Shown here piece by piece: positions 10,333 through 23,075 of a stretch of 64,000 nucleotides of DNA. Under the pieces are notes generated by a model. That model was not told where the DNA came from. It saw nothing but the letters and a program-made list of their open reading frames with translations, and did not search any database. Position 1 is the stretch's first letter, and every line of letters begins with the position of its first letter. Origin of the DNA: Squalus acanthias (lineage: Eukaryota). Location: assembly GCA_030390025.1 (NCBI GenBank), contig JASTWF010000034.1:434001-498000 (forward strand). Direction: 5' to 3'. The translations under genes were made by a program, and so were the position numbers.

Positions 10333-13300
10333 ATGGTTTTAGAATGCATGTACGTAAACGCACAAAGTGTGGTGAATAAGTTTGGTGAGCAACAAGCACA
10401 ATTAGTCGTGTGGCAATATGATGTTGTGGCAATAACAGAAACGTGGCTTAAAAAGGATGAGAACTGGGCAATTAATGTTCAAGGGTACAAGGTGTTCAGA
10501 AAAGATAGGGAATGTAAAAAGGGAAGTGGGGTGGCAGTGCTGATGAAGGAAGACATTGTAGTGTTGGAAAGGGAGGATGTTCTTGAGGGGACAAGGGCAG
10601 AATCCATTTGGTTAGAGTTGAGGCGCAAAAAGGGTATGATCACGCTATTGGGGCTATTCTACAGACCTCCAAATAGTGAGAGGGAGGTAGAGGAGCAAAT
10701 CTGCAGGGAAATCACAGGGATAAGCAAGAGCTATAGAGTGGTGATATTGCGGGACTTTAATTACGCAAATATCGATTGGGATAATGCTAGGGTAAAGGGA
10801 AAGGAAGGGGAGGAATTTCTGAAATGTGTTCAGGAGAACTTCCTTGACCCGTATATTCCTGACCCAACTTGGAAGGAGGCATTGCTGGATCTGGTGCTGG
10901 GGAATGAGGTGGGCCAGGTCGACCAAGTGTCTGTGGAAGAACATTTGGATACGAGTGATCATCGTATCATAAGATTTAAATTAGCAATGGAGAGGAGCAA
11001 GGAACAATCTAGAGTGGAACTTCTAAACTGGAATAGGGCTAACTTCAAAAGGATGCGAAAGGATCTAGCCAGAGTAAAATGGAACCAAAGACTGACAGGA
11101 AAAACTGTAACGGAACAATGGGTGATCTTTAAGGAGGAGATGTTCTAAGTGCATGCTAGGTACATTCCAACAATTGGGAAGGGTAAGGGAACCAAATCAA
11201 GGGCTCCTTCAATGAAGAGGGAGATAGAGAAGACGATGAAACAAAAAAAAGAGAGTGTATGATGAATGTCAGGTGAATTCTTCAAGGGAGAACCAGAACA
11301 AATACAATAAGCTGAGAGGGGAAGTGAAGATGAAAATAAGATTGGCAAAGAGAGAATATGAGAGTAGAATGGCGGTTAACATAAAAGGGAACCCACAAAT
11401 CTTCTACCAGCATGTATACAGTAAGCGGGTAGTAGGAGGCGGGGTAGGGCCGATCAGGGACAAAGAAGGTGATATATGCATTGAGGCGCAAGGCAAGGCT
11501 AGAATACTCAATGAGTACTTTGTATCAGTGTTTAATAAGGAGGTGGATGCTGACAAAATATCAGTAGAAGTGGAAAATGCTGAAGCAATGGAAGGGGTGC
11601 AAATTGATAGACAGGATGTACTAGAAAGGTTGGTTATGCTTAGAGTGGATAAGTCGCCTGGTCCAGAAGGTTTGCATCCCAATTTGCTAAGGGAATTGGG
11701 AGATGAGATAGCGGAAGCTGTTGCCATAACTTTCCAATCTTCCATAGGATGGCGCCCGAGGATTGGAAAGTGGCAAATGTGGCACCATTGTTCAAGAAAG
11801 GGTGCAAGGACAATCCCAGTAACGGCAGGCCGGTCAGATTAAAATTAGTGGTGGGTAAAGTTTTCGAAACAATATTCAAGGAAAAAAGTTACGGGCACCT
11901 GGAGAGGTTATCTCATTGAAGCATACAAAATTATTACAGGGCTTGATACGGTGGATGCTGGGAGAATGTTTCCTTTGGCTGGGGAGTCTAGAACTAGGGG
12001 CCACAGCCTCAGAATAAAGGAGAGACCATTCAGGACTGAGATGAGAAGACATTTCTTCAAACAATGGGTGGTGAATCTTTGGAAGTCTCTACCCTAGAGG
12101 TCTGTGGAGGCTCAGTCATTGGGTATATTCAAAACAGAAGTCGATAGATTTCTGACTAGTGAGGGCATCAAGGGATATGGCAATAAGGCCGGGGAATGGA
12201 GTTGAGGCAGAAGTTCAGCCATGATCTTATTGAATGGTGGAGCAGGCTCGAAGGGCCGAATGGCCTACTCCTGCAGGAATGACATATGAGACGACATTGG
12301 GTCGATTGGGCTTATACACGCTGGAGTATAGAAGAATGAGAGGGGATCTCATCGAAACATATAAAATTCTGACAGCTCTGGACAAACGAGATGCAGAAAG
12401 AATGTTCCCGATGGTCGGAGAGTCCAGAACCAGGGGTAATAATCTAAGGATAAGGGGTAAGCCATTTAGGACAGAAATGAGGAAGAATTTCTTCACCCAG
12501 AGAGTGGTGAACCTGTGGAATTCTCTACCACAGAAGGTAGTTGAGGCTAAGTCATTAAATATATTCAAGAATGAGTTAGATATATTTCTTAAAGCTGAAG
12601 GTATCAAGGGATATGGGGAGAAGGCAGGTACAGGGTACTGAGTTTGGATGATCAGCCATGATCTCAGCGAATGGCGGAGCAGGCTCGAGGGGCCGAATGG
12701 CCTACTTCTGCTCCTATCTTCTATGTTTCTATTTCTTATGTTCTTATGCTTACGCTAATTATGGAGAACCAACATGGATTTGTAAAAGGTAGATCGTGTC
12801 TCACGAAACTAATTGAATTTTTTGATGAAGTAACAGGGAGGATTGATGAAGGGAATGCAATGGATGTTGCCTACATGGATTTTCGCAAGGCGTTTAACAA
12901 AGTATCACATAGAATGCTGGTTAACAAAATTGAGGCCCATGGAATAGGTTGGTCAGTGGCAGCTTGGATAAGGAATTGGCTTAAGGACAGAAAACAGCGA
13001 GTTGTGGTAAATGTCTGTTTTTCAGACTGGAGGATGGTAGACAGTGGCGTTCCCCGAGGGTCAGTGCTGGGGCCACTAATTTTGTTGATACATTTAAATG
13101 ACCTGGATATTGGAATACAAAGTAGAATTTCTAAATTTGCCGATGACACCAAACTTGGGGGTGTGGCAAACAGTGATGATACCAATTGACTGCAACAGGA
13201 CATAGAAAGTCTAGCAGAATTGGCAGAGAAGTGGCAGATGGAATTTAATACAGAGAAGTGAGGTGATGCATTTTGGCAAAAGGAACAGGGAGAGGCATTA

Positions 13301-14055
13301 TACACTTAATGGCACAATTTTAAAGAGTGTGCAGGGACAGAGGGACCTGGCGGTTAATGTGAATAGGTCCCTGAAGGTGGCGGGACATATTGAGAGAGTG
13401 GTTAACAAAGCATATGGGATCTTGGGTTTCATAAATAGAGGCAATGAGTACAAAAGTAGAGAAGTTATGCTGAATCTTTATAAAGCGCTGGTTCGGCCAC
13501 AACTGGAGTATTGCGTCCAGTTCTGGTCACCACACTTTAGGAAGGATGTGGAGTCCTTTGAGAGGGTGCAGAGGAGATTTACCAGAATGGTTCCGGGGAT
13601 GGGGGCTCTTAGCTACAAGGACAGGTTGGAGAATCTGGATTTGTTTTCATTAGAGCAAAGAAGGTTGAGGTGTGATTTGATAGAGGTGTACAAGATTATG
13701 ACAGGTTTGGATAGGCTAGACGGGGAAAGTCTGTTTCCACTAGTTGATGGTACAAGGACTAGGGGACACAGATGTATCTTTTTTTGGCAAGAGATACAGG
13801 AGGAATGTGAGAAAAAACTTTACGCAGCGAGTGGTGAGTACCTGGAACTCGCTGCCGATGGAAGTGGTGGAAGCAGAGACACTCAATGTTTTCAAGGGGA
13901 GACTGGATAGGCACTAGAGCGAAATAAACTTGCAGGGATATGGGGATAGAGCGGGGGAAATGAGAATGACTGGATTGCTCTGCAGAGAGCTGGCACGAAC
14001 TCGATGGGCCAACTGGCCTCCTTCTGTGCCGTTATGACTTTATGACTCTATGACC
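10333..14055 (+). mobile_element. CR1 LINE with near-complete decayed ORF2 (APE endonuclease + RT), interrupted at about 11905-12748
   Basis: EN motifs YVNAQS, ITETWL, FYRPPNS, DFNY, LLDLVL, SDH; RT motifs QHGFVKGRSC, SGVPRGSVLGP, KFADDTKL; 3' tail TATGACTTTATGACTCTATGAC. Confidence 0.95.
11905..12748 (+). mobile_element. Two tandem CR1 3' fragments nested inside the long CR1
   Basis: Two successive ORF2 C-terminus + 3' UTR segments (each ending GGGCCGAATGGCCTACT); the host frame breaks near HLER and resumes at LIMENQHGFVKG. Confidence 0.85.
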
Positions 14056-14975
14056 TTCCCTCCATCATATGTAGAAGTGGGGATGTTCGCTGATGATTGC
14101 TCAGTGTTCAGTTCCATTCGCAACTGCTCAGATAATGAAGCAGGTCATGCCCGCATGCAGCAAGACCTGGATGACATTCAAGTTTAGGCTGATAAGTGGC
14201 GAGAGAAAATCACACCACACAAGTGCCAGGCAATGACTATCTCCAACAAGTGCCATATCCCCTTGACATTCAATGCGATGATCATCACCAATTCCCCCAC
14301 CATCAGTATCCTGGGGGTCACCATTAACCAGAATCTTCACTGGACCAGCCACATAAATACTGTGGCTAAAAGAGCAGGTCAAGGCTGGGTATTCTGCGAC
14401 GAGTGTCTCACCTCCTGACTCCCCAAAGCCTTTCCACCATCTACAAGGCACAAGTCAGGAGTGTGATGGAATACTCTCCACTTGCCTGGATGAGTGCAGC
14501 TCCAACAACACTCAAGAAGCTCGGCATCATCCAGGACAAATCAGCCCGCTTGATTGGCACCCAATCCACCATATTAAAAATACACTCCTTCCACCACCGG
14601 CGCACCGTGGCTGCAGTGTGTACCATCTACAAAATGCACTGCAGCAACTCGCCAAAGCTTCTTTGGCAGCACTTCCCAAACCTGCGATCTTCCACCAAGA
14701 CAAGGGCAGCATGAGCATGGGAACACCAACACCTGTAAGATTCCCTCCAAGTCACATACGATCCTGACTTGGAAGTATATCGCCAATCCTACATCGTCGC
14801 TGGGTCAAAATCCTGCAACTCCCTCCCGAACAGCACTGTGGGAGCACCTTCACCACACGGGCTGCAGCGGTTCAAGGAGGCGGCTCACCACCACCTTCTG
14901 AAGGGCTATTAGGGATGGGCAATAAATGCTGGCCTTGCCAGCGGTGGCTACATTCCATGAATGAATAAAAAAGAA
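14055..14975 (+). mobile_element. Second non-LTR retrotransposon family (CR1/Jockey-group-like RT), 3' part
   Basis: MFADDC, IYKAQVRSVMEYSPLAWMSAA motifs; ends CATGAATGAATAAAAAA. Confidence 0.85.
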
Positions 14976-14994
14976 AAACAAGACAGATGACAGT

Positions 14995-16483
14995 TGAAAT
15001 TGCATAAATTCCATAGATTCTAGAATGGTTCCCGCGGATTGGAATATCGCAAATCTAACACCACTATTTAAGAAACGAGGGAGAGAGAAAACGGGGACTA
15101 CAGGCCAGTTATCCTGACATCAGTAGTTGGGAAAATGCTTGAATATATTATTAAGGACGCGGTAACAGGGCAGTTAGAAAATTATAATAGGATTGGGCAG
15201 AGTCTACACGGATCTATGAAAGCGAAATTGGGTTTGACGAATCTGTTAGAGTTTTTGGAGGTTGTAACGAGCAGAATAGATAAGGGGGAGCCAGTAGATG
15301 TGGTGGATTTAGATTTTCAGAAGGCATTCGATAAGGGCCACACACGAGGTTATTAAACAAAATTAGGGCTCATGGGATTAGGGGTAATATACTAGCATGG
15401 GTTGAGGATTGGTTAACGGACAGAAAACAGAGAGCAGCAATAAACGGGTCATTTTCGGGTTGGCAGGCTGTAACTAGTGGGGTACCGCAAGAATCAGTGC
15501 TTGGGCCTCAGCTATTCACAATCCGCATCAATGATTTGGATGAGGGGACCAAAAGTAATATATCCAAGTTTGCTGATGATACAAAGCTGGGTGGGAATGT
15601 AAGTTGTGAGAACGATGCAAGGAGGCTTCAAGGAGATACAGACAGGCTAAGTGAGTGGGCAAGAACATTGCAAATGGAATATAATGCGGAGAAATGTGAA
15701 GTTAGGAAAAATAGTAAAGCAGAGTATTTTTAAAATAGTGAGAGATTGGGAAATGTTGGTGTTCAGATGGACCTGGGTGTACTTGTACGTGAATCACTGA
15801 AATTTAACATGCAGGTACAGCAAGCAATTAGGAAAGCAAATGGTATGTTGGCCTTTATTACAAGAGGATTTGAGCATAAGAGTAAAGACATCTTACTGCA
15901 ATTATATAAGGCCCTGGTGAGACTACACATGGAGTATTGTGTACAATTTTGGTCACCTTACCTAAGGAAGGATATACTTGCCAAAGAGGGAGTGCAACGA
16001 AGGTTCATCAGACTGGGTTCTGGGATGGGGCGGGGGGTTTTCCTATATGGACAGATTGAGAAGATTCGGCCTATATTCTCTAGAGTTTAGCAGAATGAGA
16101 GGTGATCTCATTGTAACAAACAAAATTCTTCCAGGGTCCATGTTAGATGCAGGGAGGATGTTTCCACTGGCTGGGGAGTGTAGAACCAGGGGTCACACTC
16201 GCAGAATAAGGGGTCGGCCAGTTAGGTCTGAGATGAGGAGAAATTTCTTCAATCAGAGTGTGGGGAATCTTTGGAAATCTCTACCTCTGAGGGCTGTGAT
16301 TGTTGAGTATATTCAAGACAGAGATCGATAGTTTTTGGATATGAAGGGAATCAAGGGATATTGGGATAGTTCAGGAAAGTGGAGTTGAGCTAGAAGATCA
16401 GCCATGATCTTTTAGAATGGTGCAGCAGGCTCAATTGGCCGAATGGCCTACTGCTGTGGCTATTTCTTATCTTCCTATGTTCT
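14995..16483 (+). mobile_element. CR1 LINE, 5'-truncated, decayed
   Basis: DVVDLDFQKAFDK, KFADDTKLGG, LYKALVRLHMEYCVQFWSP; 3' UTR and tail. Confidence 0.93.
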
Positions 16484-16737
16484 AACTCTCACTATCTATC
16501 CCCATCATTCTCTTTACCTCTCTTTACCTCTGCCTCTCTCTCTCTCTCTCTATGGCTGTCTACGGCTCTCCCCTGGCTGTCTTTCTCTCTCTCTCTCTCT
16601 GTTTATATCTCTCTATGCCGACTCTCTTTATTTCTCTTTCTCTCTCTTTTTCATTGACTGTCTCTCTCACTCTATCTTTGCCCTCTCTCCCTCTCAATCT
16701 CCTCCTCAATGTCTCTCTCCCCCTCATTCTCCCTCTG

Positions 16738-18384
16738 TATACAGTGGAGTTCCCCAGGTTTCAGAAGCCGGAGCTTGAAGGAGGTATACAGTGGAGGTCC
16801 CCAGGGTTCAGTACAGGGGGGCTAGGAGAGAGGTTACAGTGGAGTTCCCCCAGGGTTTCAAGTACTGGGGGCCTGGAGAGAGGTATACAGTGGAGTTACC
16901 CAGGGTGCATTCAGACTGGAGAAGGAACAGTGGAATTCCCCATGTTCAGTAACTGTGTCTCGAGGGAGGTATACAGTGGAGCTGCCCAATTTTCAGTACA
17001 GGTTCCGCGAGGAGGTATACCAGTGAGAATTTTCCCAGGGTCATAATGGTGTTTGGGGGGTGGTATACAGTAGATTTCCCAGGGTTTAGAACAGGGGGCT
17101 GGAGGTAGGCAAACACTGGACATACCCAGGATGCTGTACTTGGGGCTGGAGGGAGGTATATGGTGGAGTTCCCCAGGGTTCAGTACTGGGGTCTGGAGGG
17201 AGGTATACAGTGGAGTTCCCCAGGGTTCAGTACTGGGGTCTGGAGGGAGGTATACAGTGGAGTTCCCCAGGGTTCAGTACTGGGGTCTGGAGGGAGGTAT
17301 ACAGTGGAGTTCCCCAGGGTTCAGTACTGGGGTCTGGAGGGAGGTATACAGTGGAGTTCCCCAGGGTTCAGTACTGGGGTCTGGAGGGAGGTATACAGTG
17401 GAGTTCCCCAGGGTTCAGTACTGGGTCTGGAGGGAGGTATACAGTGGAGTTCCCCAGGGTTCAGTACTGGGGTCTGGAGGGAGGTATACAGTGGAGTTCC
17501 CCAGGGTTCAGTACTGGTGTCTGGAGGGAGGTATACAGTGGAGTTCCCCAGGGTTCAGTACTGGGGTCTGGAGGGAGGTATACAGTGGAGTTCCCAGGGT
17601 TCAGTACTGGGGTCTGGAGGGAGGTATACAGTGGAGTTCCCCAGGGTTCAGTACTGGTGTCTGGAGGGAGGTATACAGTGGAGTTCCCCAGGGTTCAGTA
17701 CTGTGTCTGGAGGGAGGTATACAGTGGAGTTCCCCAGGGTTCAGTACTGGGGTCTGGAGGGAGGTATACAGTGGAGTTCCCCACGGTTCAGTACTGGGGG
17801 CTGGAGGGAGGTAAATAGTGGAGTCACCAGGGTTCAGTACTGGAGTCTGGAGGGAGGTATACAGTGTAATTCCCCAGGGTATCAGTACTGGGGCTGGAGA
17901 GTGGTATACAGTGGAGTTCCCAGGGTTCAGTACTGGGGTCTGGAGGGAGGTATACAGTGGAGTTGCCCCAGGTCAAGTACTGGGGCTGGAGGGAGGTATA
18001 CAGTGGAGTTCCCCAGGGTCGAGTACTGGTGCTGTGCGGGGAGGTATACACGTGGAGTTCCACAGGGATCATTACTGGGGGCTGGAGGGAGGTATACAGT
18101 GGAGTTCTCCAGGGATCAGAAGCCGGGGCTGGAGGGAGGTATACAGTGGAGTTTCCCAGGGTTCAGTACTGGTGTCTGGGGTGAGGTATCAGTGGAGTTC
18201 CCAGGGTTCAGAAGCGGGGCCTGGAGGGAGGTATACAGTGGAGTTCCCCTAGGTCAGTACTGGGGGTCTGGAGGGAGGTATACAGTGTAATTCCACAGGG
18301 TTCAGTACTGGGGGTCGGGAGGGAGGTACAACAGTGGAAGTTCCCAGGGTTCAGTACTGGTGTCTGGAGGAAGATATACAGTGG
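16738..18384 (+). repeat. 47-bp minisatellite derived from CR1 RT coding sequence, about 35 copies, runs into the gap
   Basis: Unit TGGAGGGAGGTATACAGTGGAGTTCCCCAGGGTTCAGTACTGGGGTC; translates as WREVYSGVPQGSVLG. Confidence 0.93.
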
Positions 18385-18584
18385 NNNNNNNNNNNNNNNN
18401 NNNNNNNNNNNNNNNNNNNNNNNNNNNNNNNNNNNNNNNNNNNNNNNNNNNNNNNNNNNNNNNNNNNNNNNNNNNNNNNNNNNNNNNNNNNNNNNNNNNN
18501 NNNNNNNNNNNNNNNNNNNNNNNNNNNNNNNNNNNNNNNNNNNNNNNNNNNNNNNNNNNNNNNNNNNNNNNNNNNNNNNNNNNN
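18385..18584. other. Assembly gap (200 N)
   Basis: Run of exactly 200 N. Confidence 0.99.
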
Positions 18585-18728
18585 TGTGTGGGGGAGGGGT
18601 GTGTGTGTGGGGAGGGGTGTGTGTGGGGGAGTGGTGTGTGTGTGGGGAGGGGTGTGTGTGGGGGAGGGGTGTGTGTGTGGGGAGGGGTGTGTGTGTGGGG
18701 GAGGGGTGTGTGTGTGTGGGGGAGGGGT
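18585..18728 (+). repeat. G-rich tandem repeat (GGGGAGGGGTGTGTGTGT)n, potential G-quadruplex
   Basis: Repeated GGGG tracts with short loops. Confidence 0.85.
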
Positions 18729-18732
18729 CTGT

Positions 18733-18958
18733 GTGCAAACTTGGAGATATTAAATCTAGTTCCCTTGTCTGGATCATTCATATATATTGTGAATAGCTGG
18801 TGTCCAAGGACCGATCCCTGCGGTACAACTCTAGTCACTGCCTGCCACTCGGAAAAAAGACCCGTTTATTCCAACGCTTTGCTTTCTGTCTGCCAACCAG
18901 TTCTCTATCGAAGTCAATACCTTGCCCCCAATCCCATGTGCCTTAACTTTACATGCTA
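18733..18958 (-). mobile_element. Inverted CR1 RT fragment
   Basis: Minus strand reads VPQGSVLGHQLFTIYMND..ISKFA; diverged reverse complement of about 19169-19395. Confidence 0.88.
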
Positions 18959-20328
18959 GAGTCCATTATAAAAGATGTAATAGCAGAGCACTTGGAAAAC
19001 AGTGACAGGATCGGTCAACGTCAACATGGATTTACAAAAGGTAAATCATGCCTGACTAATCTACTGGAATTTTTTGAGGATGTAACTGTTAGAATAGATA
19101 AGGGAGAGCCAGTGGATGTGGTGTATTTGGACTTTCAGAAGGCTTTCGATAAGGTCCCGCATAAGAGATTAGCGTGCAAAGTTAAAGCACATGGAATTGG
19201 GGGCAAGGTACTGATTTGGATAGAGAACTGGTTGGCAGACAGGAAGCAAAGAGTTGGAATAAACGGGTCTTTTTCCGAGTGGCAGGCAGAGACTAGTGGG
19301 GTACCGCAGGGATCGGTGCTGGGACCCCAGCTATTCACAATATATATTAATGATCTGGACGAGGGAAATAGATGTAATATCTCTAAGTTTGCAGACGACA
19401 CAAAGCTGGGTGGGGGTGTGTGCTGTGAGGAGGATGCAGAGAAACTCCAGTATGATTTGGAAAGGTTGGGTGATTGGGCAGATGCATGGCAGATGCAGTA
19501 TAATGTGGATAAATGCGAGGTTATCCACTTTGGTGGCAAAAACAGGAAGACAGATTATTATTTGAACGGCAATAGATTGGTAAAAGGGGAAGTGCAACGA
19601 GAGCTGGGAGTCCTTGTGCACCAGATGCTGAAGGTAAGCATTCAGGTGCAGCAGGCGGTTAAGAAGGCAAATGCTATTTTGGCCTTCATAGCGAGAGGAT
19701 TCGAGTACAGGAGCAAGGATGTTATGCTGCAGTTGCACAAGGCCTTGGTGAGACCACACCTCGAGTATTCTGTGCAGTTTTGGTCGCCTTATCTGAGGAA
19801 GGATGTTCTTGCCATGGAGGGAGTGCAGCGAAGATTTACTAGACTGATACCTGGGATTGCAGGAATGACGTATGAAGAGAGATTGGGTCGATTAGGCTTA
19901 TATTCGCTAGAGTTTAGAAGAATGAGAAGGGATCTCATTGAAACTTATAAAATTCTAACAGGACTTGACAGACTAGATGCAGGAAGGATGTTCCCGATGG
20001 TGGGGGAGTCCAGAACTAGGGTACACAGTCTAAGGATAAGGGGTAAGCCATTTAGGACTGAGATGAGGAGGAATTTCTTCACCAAGAGAGTGGTGAACCT
20101 GTGGAATTCTCTACCAGAGAAGGCAGTTGAAGCCAATTCATTCAATATATTCAAGAAAGAGATAGATATATTTCTTAAGGCTAAAGGGATGAAGGGATAT
20201 GGGGAGAAAGCAGGGACAGGGTACTGAATTTGGATGATCAACCATGATCTCATTAAATGGAGGAGCAGGCTCGAGGGGCCGAATGGCCTAATCCTGCTCC
20301 TATCTTCTATGCTATGCTTCTATGCTTC
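18953..20328 (+). mobile_element. Young 5'-truncated CR1 with an uninterrupted 424-aa RT/C-terminal ORF
   Basis: ORF 18953-20227 with QHGF, YLDFQKAFDKVPH, SGVPQGSVLGP, KFADDTKL; 3' UTR and (TTCTATGC) tail. Confidence 0.96.
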
Positions 20329-20360
20329 TTCATCCCAGAAGCTATCTTCTCAGTAAGGGG

Positions 20361-21960
20361 TTAGAATCGGTGTCTTATGAGCCATTCACGGACGGCCCTT
20401 GCAGTGGCAACATTGTGCGCCTCCCTCCCACGTTGGTGCTGCTGATCCTCCTCTTCATCATCCTTATCCTCCTCCTCTCCCTCTTCCTCCTCCTCCTCCT
20501 CCTCAGGTGGTGCACCAATCCCTGGTGGCAATGGCTGGGTCCTCATGATTGCAATGTTAGCAAGCATGCAGCACACAAAAATGAAGAGGGAGACTCGCTC
20601 GGGAGAGTACTGCAGGGCTCCCCCTTAGTGGTCCAGACACCGGAACCGTTGTTTCAAGACACCCGTCGTCTGCTCAATGAGGTTACTGGTGGCGCTATGG
20701 CTCTCATTGTATTGGAACTGAGCAGCAGTGTTGGGGTTACAGAGCGGTGTCATCAGCCAGGTGCAGAGTGGATAACTTTTGTCCCCGAGGAGCCATCCAC
20801 TAGGTTGATGCGGTGTTGGAAGATGTTGATGACACCGGTCTGGCGCAGGATAAAAGTATCGTGGCTGCTGCCAGAATATAGGGCAGTGACGGCGAGTATG
20901 AGCTGTCTGTGGTCACAGACATACGTCACATTCAGAGAGTGGAAGCCCTTGTGGTTTCGGAACACCTCTGCATTCTCACGAGTTGCCCGCAATGCCACAT
21001 GCATGTAGTCCATGATGCCCTGAACTATGGGGAAGCCCGCTATCCTCGCAAAACCACATGTGCGTTCACCCTGTTTGTCCCAGGTGATGGGGAGAGATGT
21101 ACTGGCGTCTCCTCTTCTACGAAGCATTTTTCACCTCCCGGATGCAACAATGAACAGGGAAACAGGAGATATTCACTGTATCCCCAGTAGAAGCCTGAAA
21201 GGAACTGCTGTCTGAGAAATTCAGAGCCACTGTCACCTTCACTGCCACCGACAGAGACGTCCTGGTCCTGAGCTGAGGCTGCAGATCTGGTTGCAGGTGG
21301 CGGCAGAGCTCAGTGACCACCTCCTTGCTGAAGCCCAGCCATTGGAAACACTGCTCCTCAGACAAATGGATATAGGAAGAGAATTGGTTCCTGAATACCC
21401 TGGGAGGGTAAGGTCTCCTGTGCAGAGGCCTGATGGCCCTCATCCTTCTGGCCACGTTTGCCACTCTCACTCCGCGCCCCTGCTGCCTCTGAAGGTGAAG
21501 CTGGACGACCAGGCCCCGAGTTAGTGCAGCCCCCATCGAAGCTTCTAAATATCGTCAGAAGGAAAGTGACATAAAAATGAATCTCCAAAGCGGTGCCCAG
21601 GACCCAAATCTCATTCGGTCAGCTTCGAATCTCTCCAGACGTCTCTTTCCCTCTCAACATGCGTGTACCAAAAATTGTGCCGACAAGAAAAGTCAGGAAG
21701 CGGCCGCCTTTAATTAGTGCTCCCCCAGCCCCTCCCGTCTTGAAAACGTTCCCCTCTACCTGTCGTTCCTAGAGGCAGGCACTAAGGCAGGGGATGCGAC
21801 TCAATATCCGGTCTGGGGCGCTACCGGGGCGTTGCATGCTCGACTGACGTCATGATCTGCAGGCGCAGGAGATCGTGGCGGTAGTGTTTATTGCCAGCGC
21901 AAAACAACTAGTCAATTTCTCGAGCGGTGCTAAATTAGCCGCGCTCAGGCACTAAAAATC
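20361..21960 (-). mobile_element. PIF/Harbinger DNA transposon remnant: frameshifted HARBI1-like DDE transposase (about 21536-20361) plus upstream subterminal region
   Basis: [55 protein letters not shown] and [16 protein letters not shown] across shifted frames; acidic C-terminal tail. Confidence 0.88.
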
Positions 21961-21962
21961 TA

Positions 21963-22850
21963 GGGGGAGAAATTCAGTATCGCCCCATTTGGGGCTCAAT
22001 TATCGGCCGGGCGCAAAAATCAGCGCCTGGCGCTAATTATCGCCTCTGATTGCAAACTTGGCTTGTATTGCCCCTGGAATTGATTGGAGCGCTAAATCAG
22101 GCTTTTCACAGCTGTATTAAGGTGCAAAGGCCGAGGAGCGAGGCGTTACCTCAGAACACTGGCGAAGCTCATTAGATGTCAATTAGGAATGGAACACAGA
22201 CACAATGGCGCCGGCCAGTTCTTAAAGGGGAAGGTTGATCTTGCTCTCCATCCACATCCTGCTCATTGCAGCCTTGATTCTCGGCCTGGAGAGACCTGTA
22301 CATCAAATCTGCTGGAAAGAACAACGGAGAGGCCCAGGGAAAGAGCTCAGAGTGCAGTCCCAACAGTTTCTTCTAAATCGATACAAGGAAGGGCAAATGA
22401 AAATGAACCTGCAAAGTGCTGCTCAGTACCCAAAACTCCTTCACACAGCGTTGAATCTCTCCAGAAGTCTCTCTCTCTCTCAGAATACGTGGTGCAAAAA
22501 TGTCACCAACAAAAATGCAGGAAGCGGTCGCCTTTAAATAGCGCTCCCCCAGTCCCTTCCTGACTGCAAAACGCTCCCCTCAACCTATCGTTGCTAGCAG
22601 CAGGCAGTCAGGCAGGGGGCGCCACACAATATCTCGTCCGGGGCGCTACTGGGCCGTTGCGCACGTGACTTATGTCAATATCTGCTGGTGCATGAGTTTG
22701 TGGCGGTAGTGTTTAGCGCCGCCGCAGAATGTCTAGTTAATTTCGTGAGCTGCACAAACATCGCCGCGCATGGGCGCTAGATGCTTTGTTCCCCATTGGT
22801 GCCCTCTTAAGGCACTAAGTGGAGGCGCTACCCAACCGACTTTCCTCCCA
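21963..22850. mobile_element. Non-autonomous Harbinger-related element (MITE-like)
   Basis: Imperfect terminal inverted repeats GGGGAGAAATTCAG / CCGACTTTCCTCCC; 22490-22780 is a diverged direct copy of 21660-21955. Confidence 0.55.
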
Positions 22851-23075
22851 CATGTTTAAATGTGTTTCCCACTTTGTCGTTCCCCATCCCATCCGCGCTG
22901 CTGTCAGCTATTGATTGTGAACATGATATCGTGTTAACAAGATTCAAATATTCTATATTCAACTCAGGCAAATTTTTATTGAAGGTGACTCTTTATTTAA
23001 CGAATTTCAGTCTGCTACCTACACTGAACATTGGTAACAGATCAGAAGAATGCTGTCTTGGTTTAGGAGACATTC

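Noticed and set aside
17131..18290. Overlapping 200-376 aa ORFs as real genes
   Set aside because: Produced by a stop-free 47-bp repeat; no ATG/splice context supporting expression
18953..20227. Domesticated RT gene
   Set aside because: 5'-truncated CR1 with its 3' tail and near-identical copies elsewhere in the window; openness reflects youth
20322..21008. 228-aa plus-strand ORF with a poly-Leu 'TM' segment
   Set aside because: Antisense shadow of the Harbinger transposase poly-Glu tail
20361..21536. Host HARBI1 gene
   Set aside because: Multiple frameshifts, intronless and embedded in transposon-like flanks
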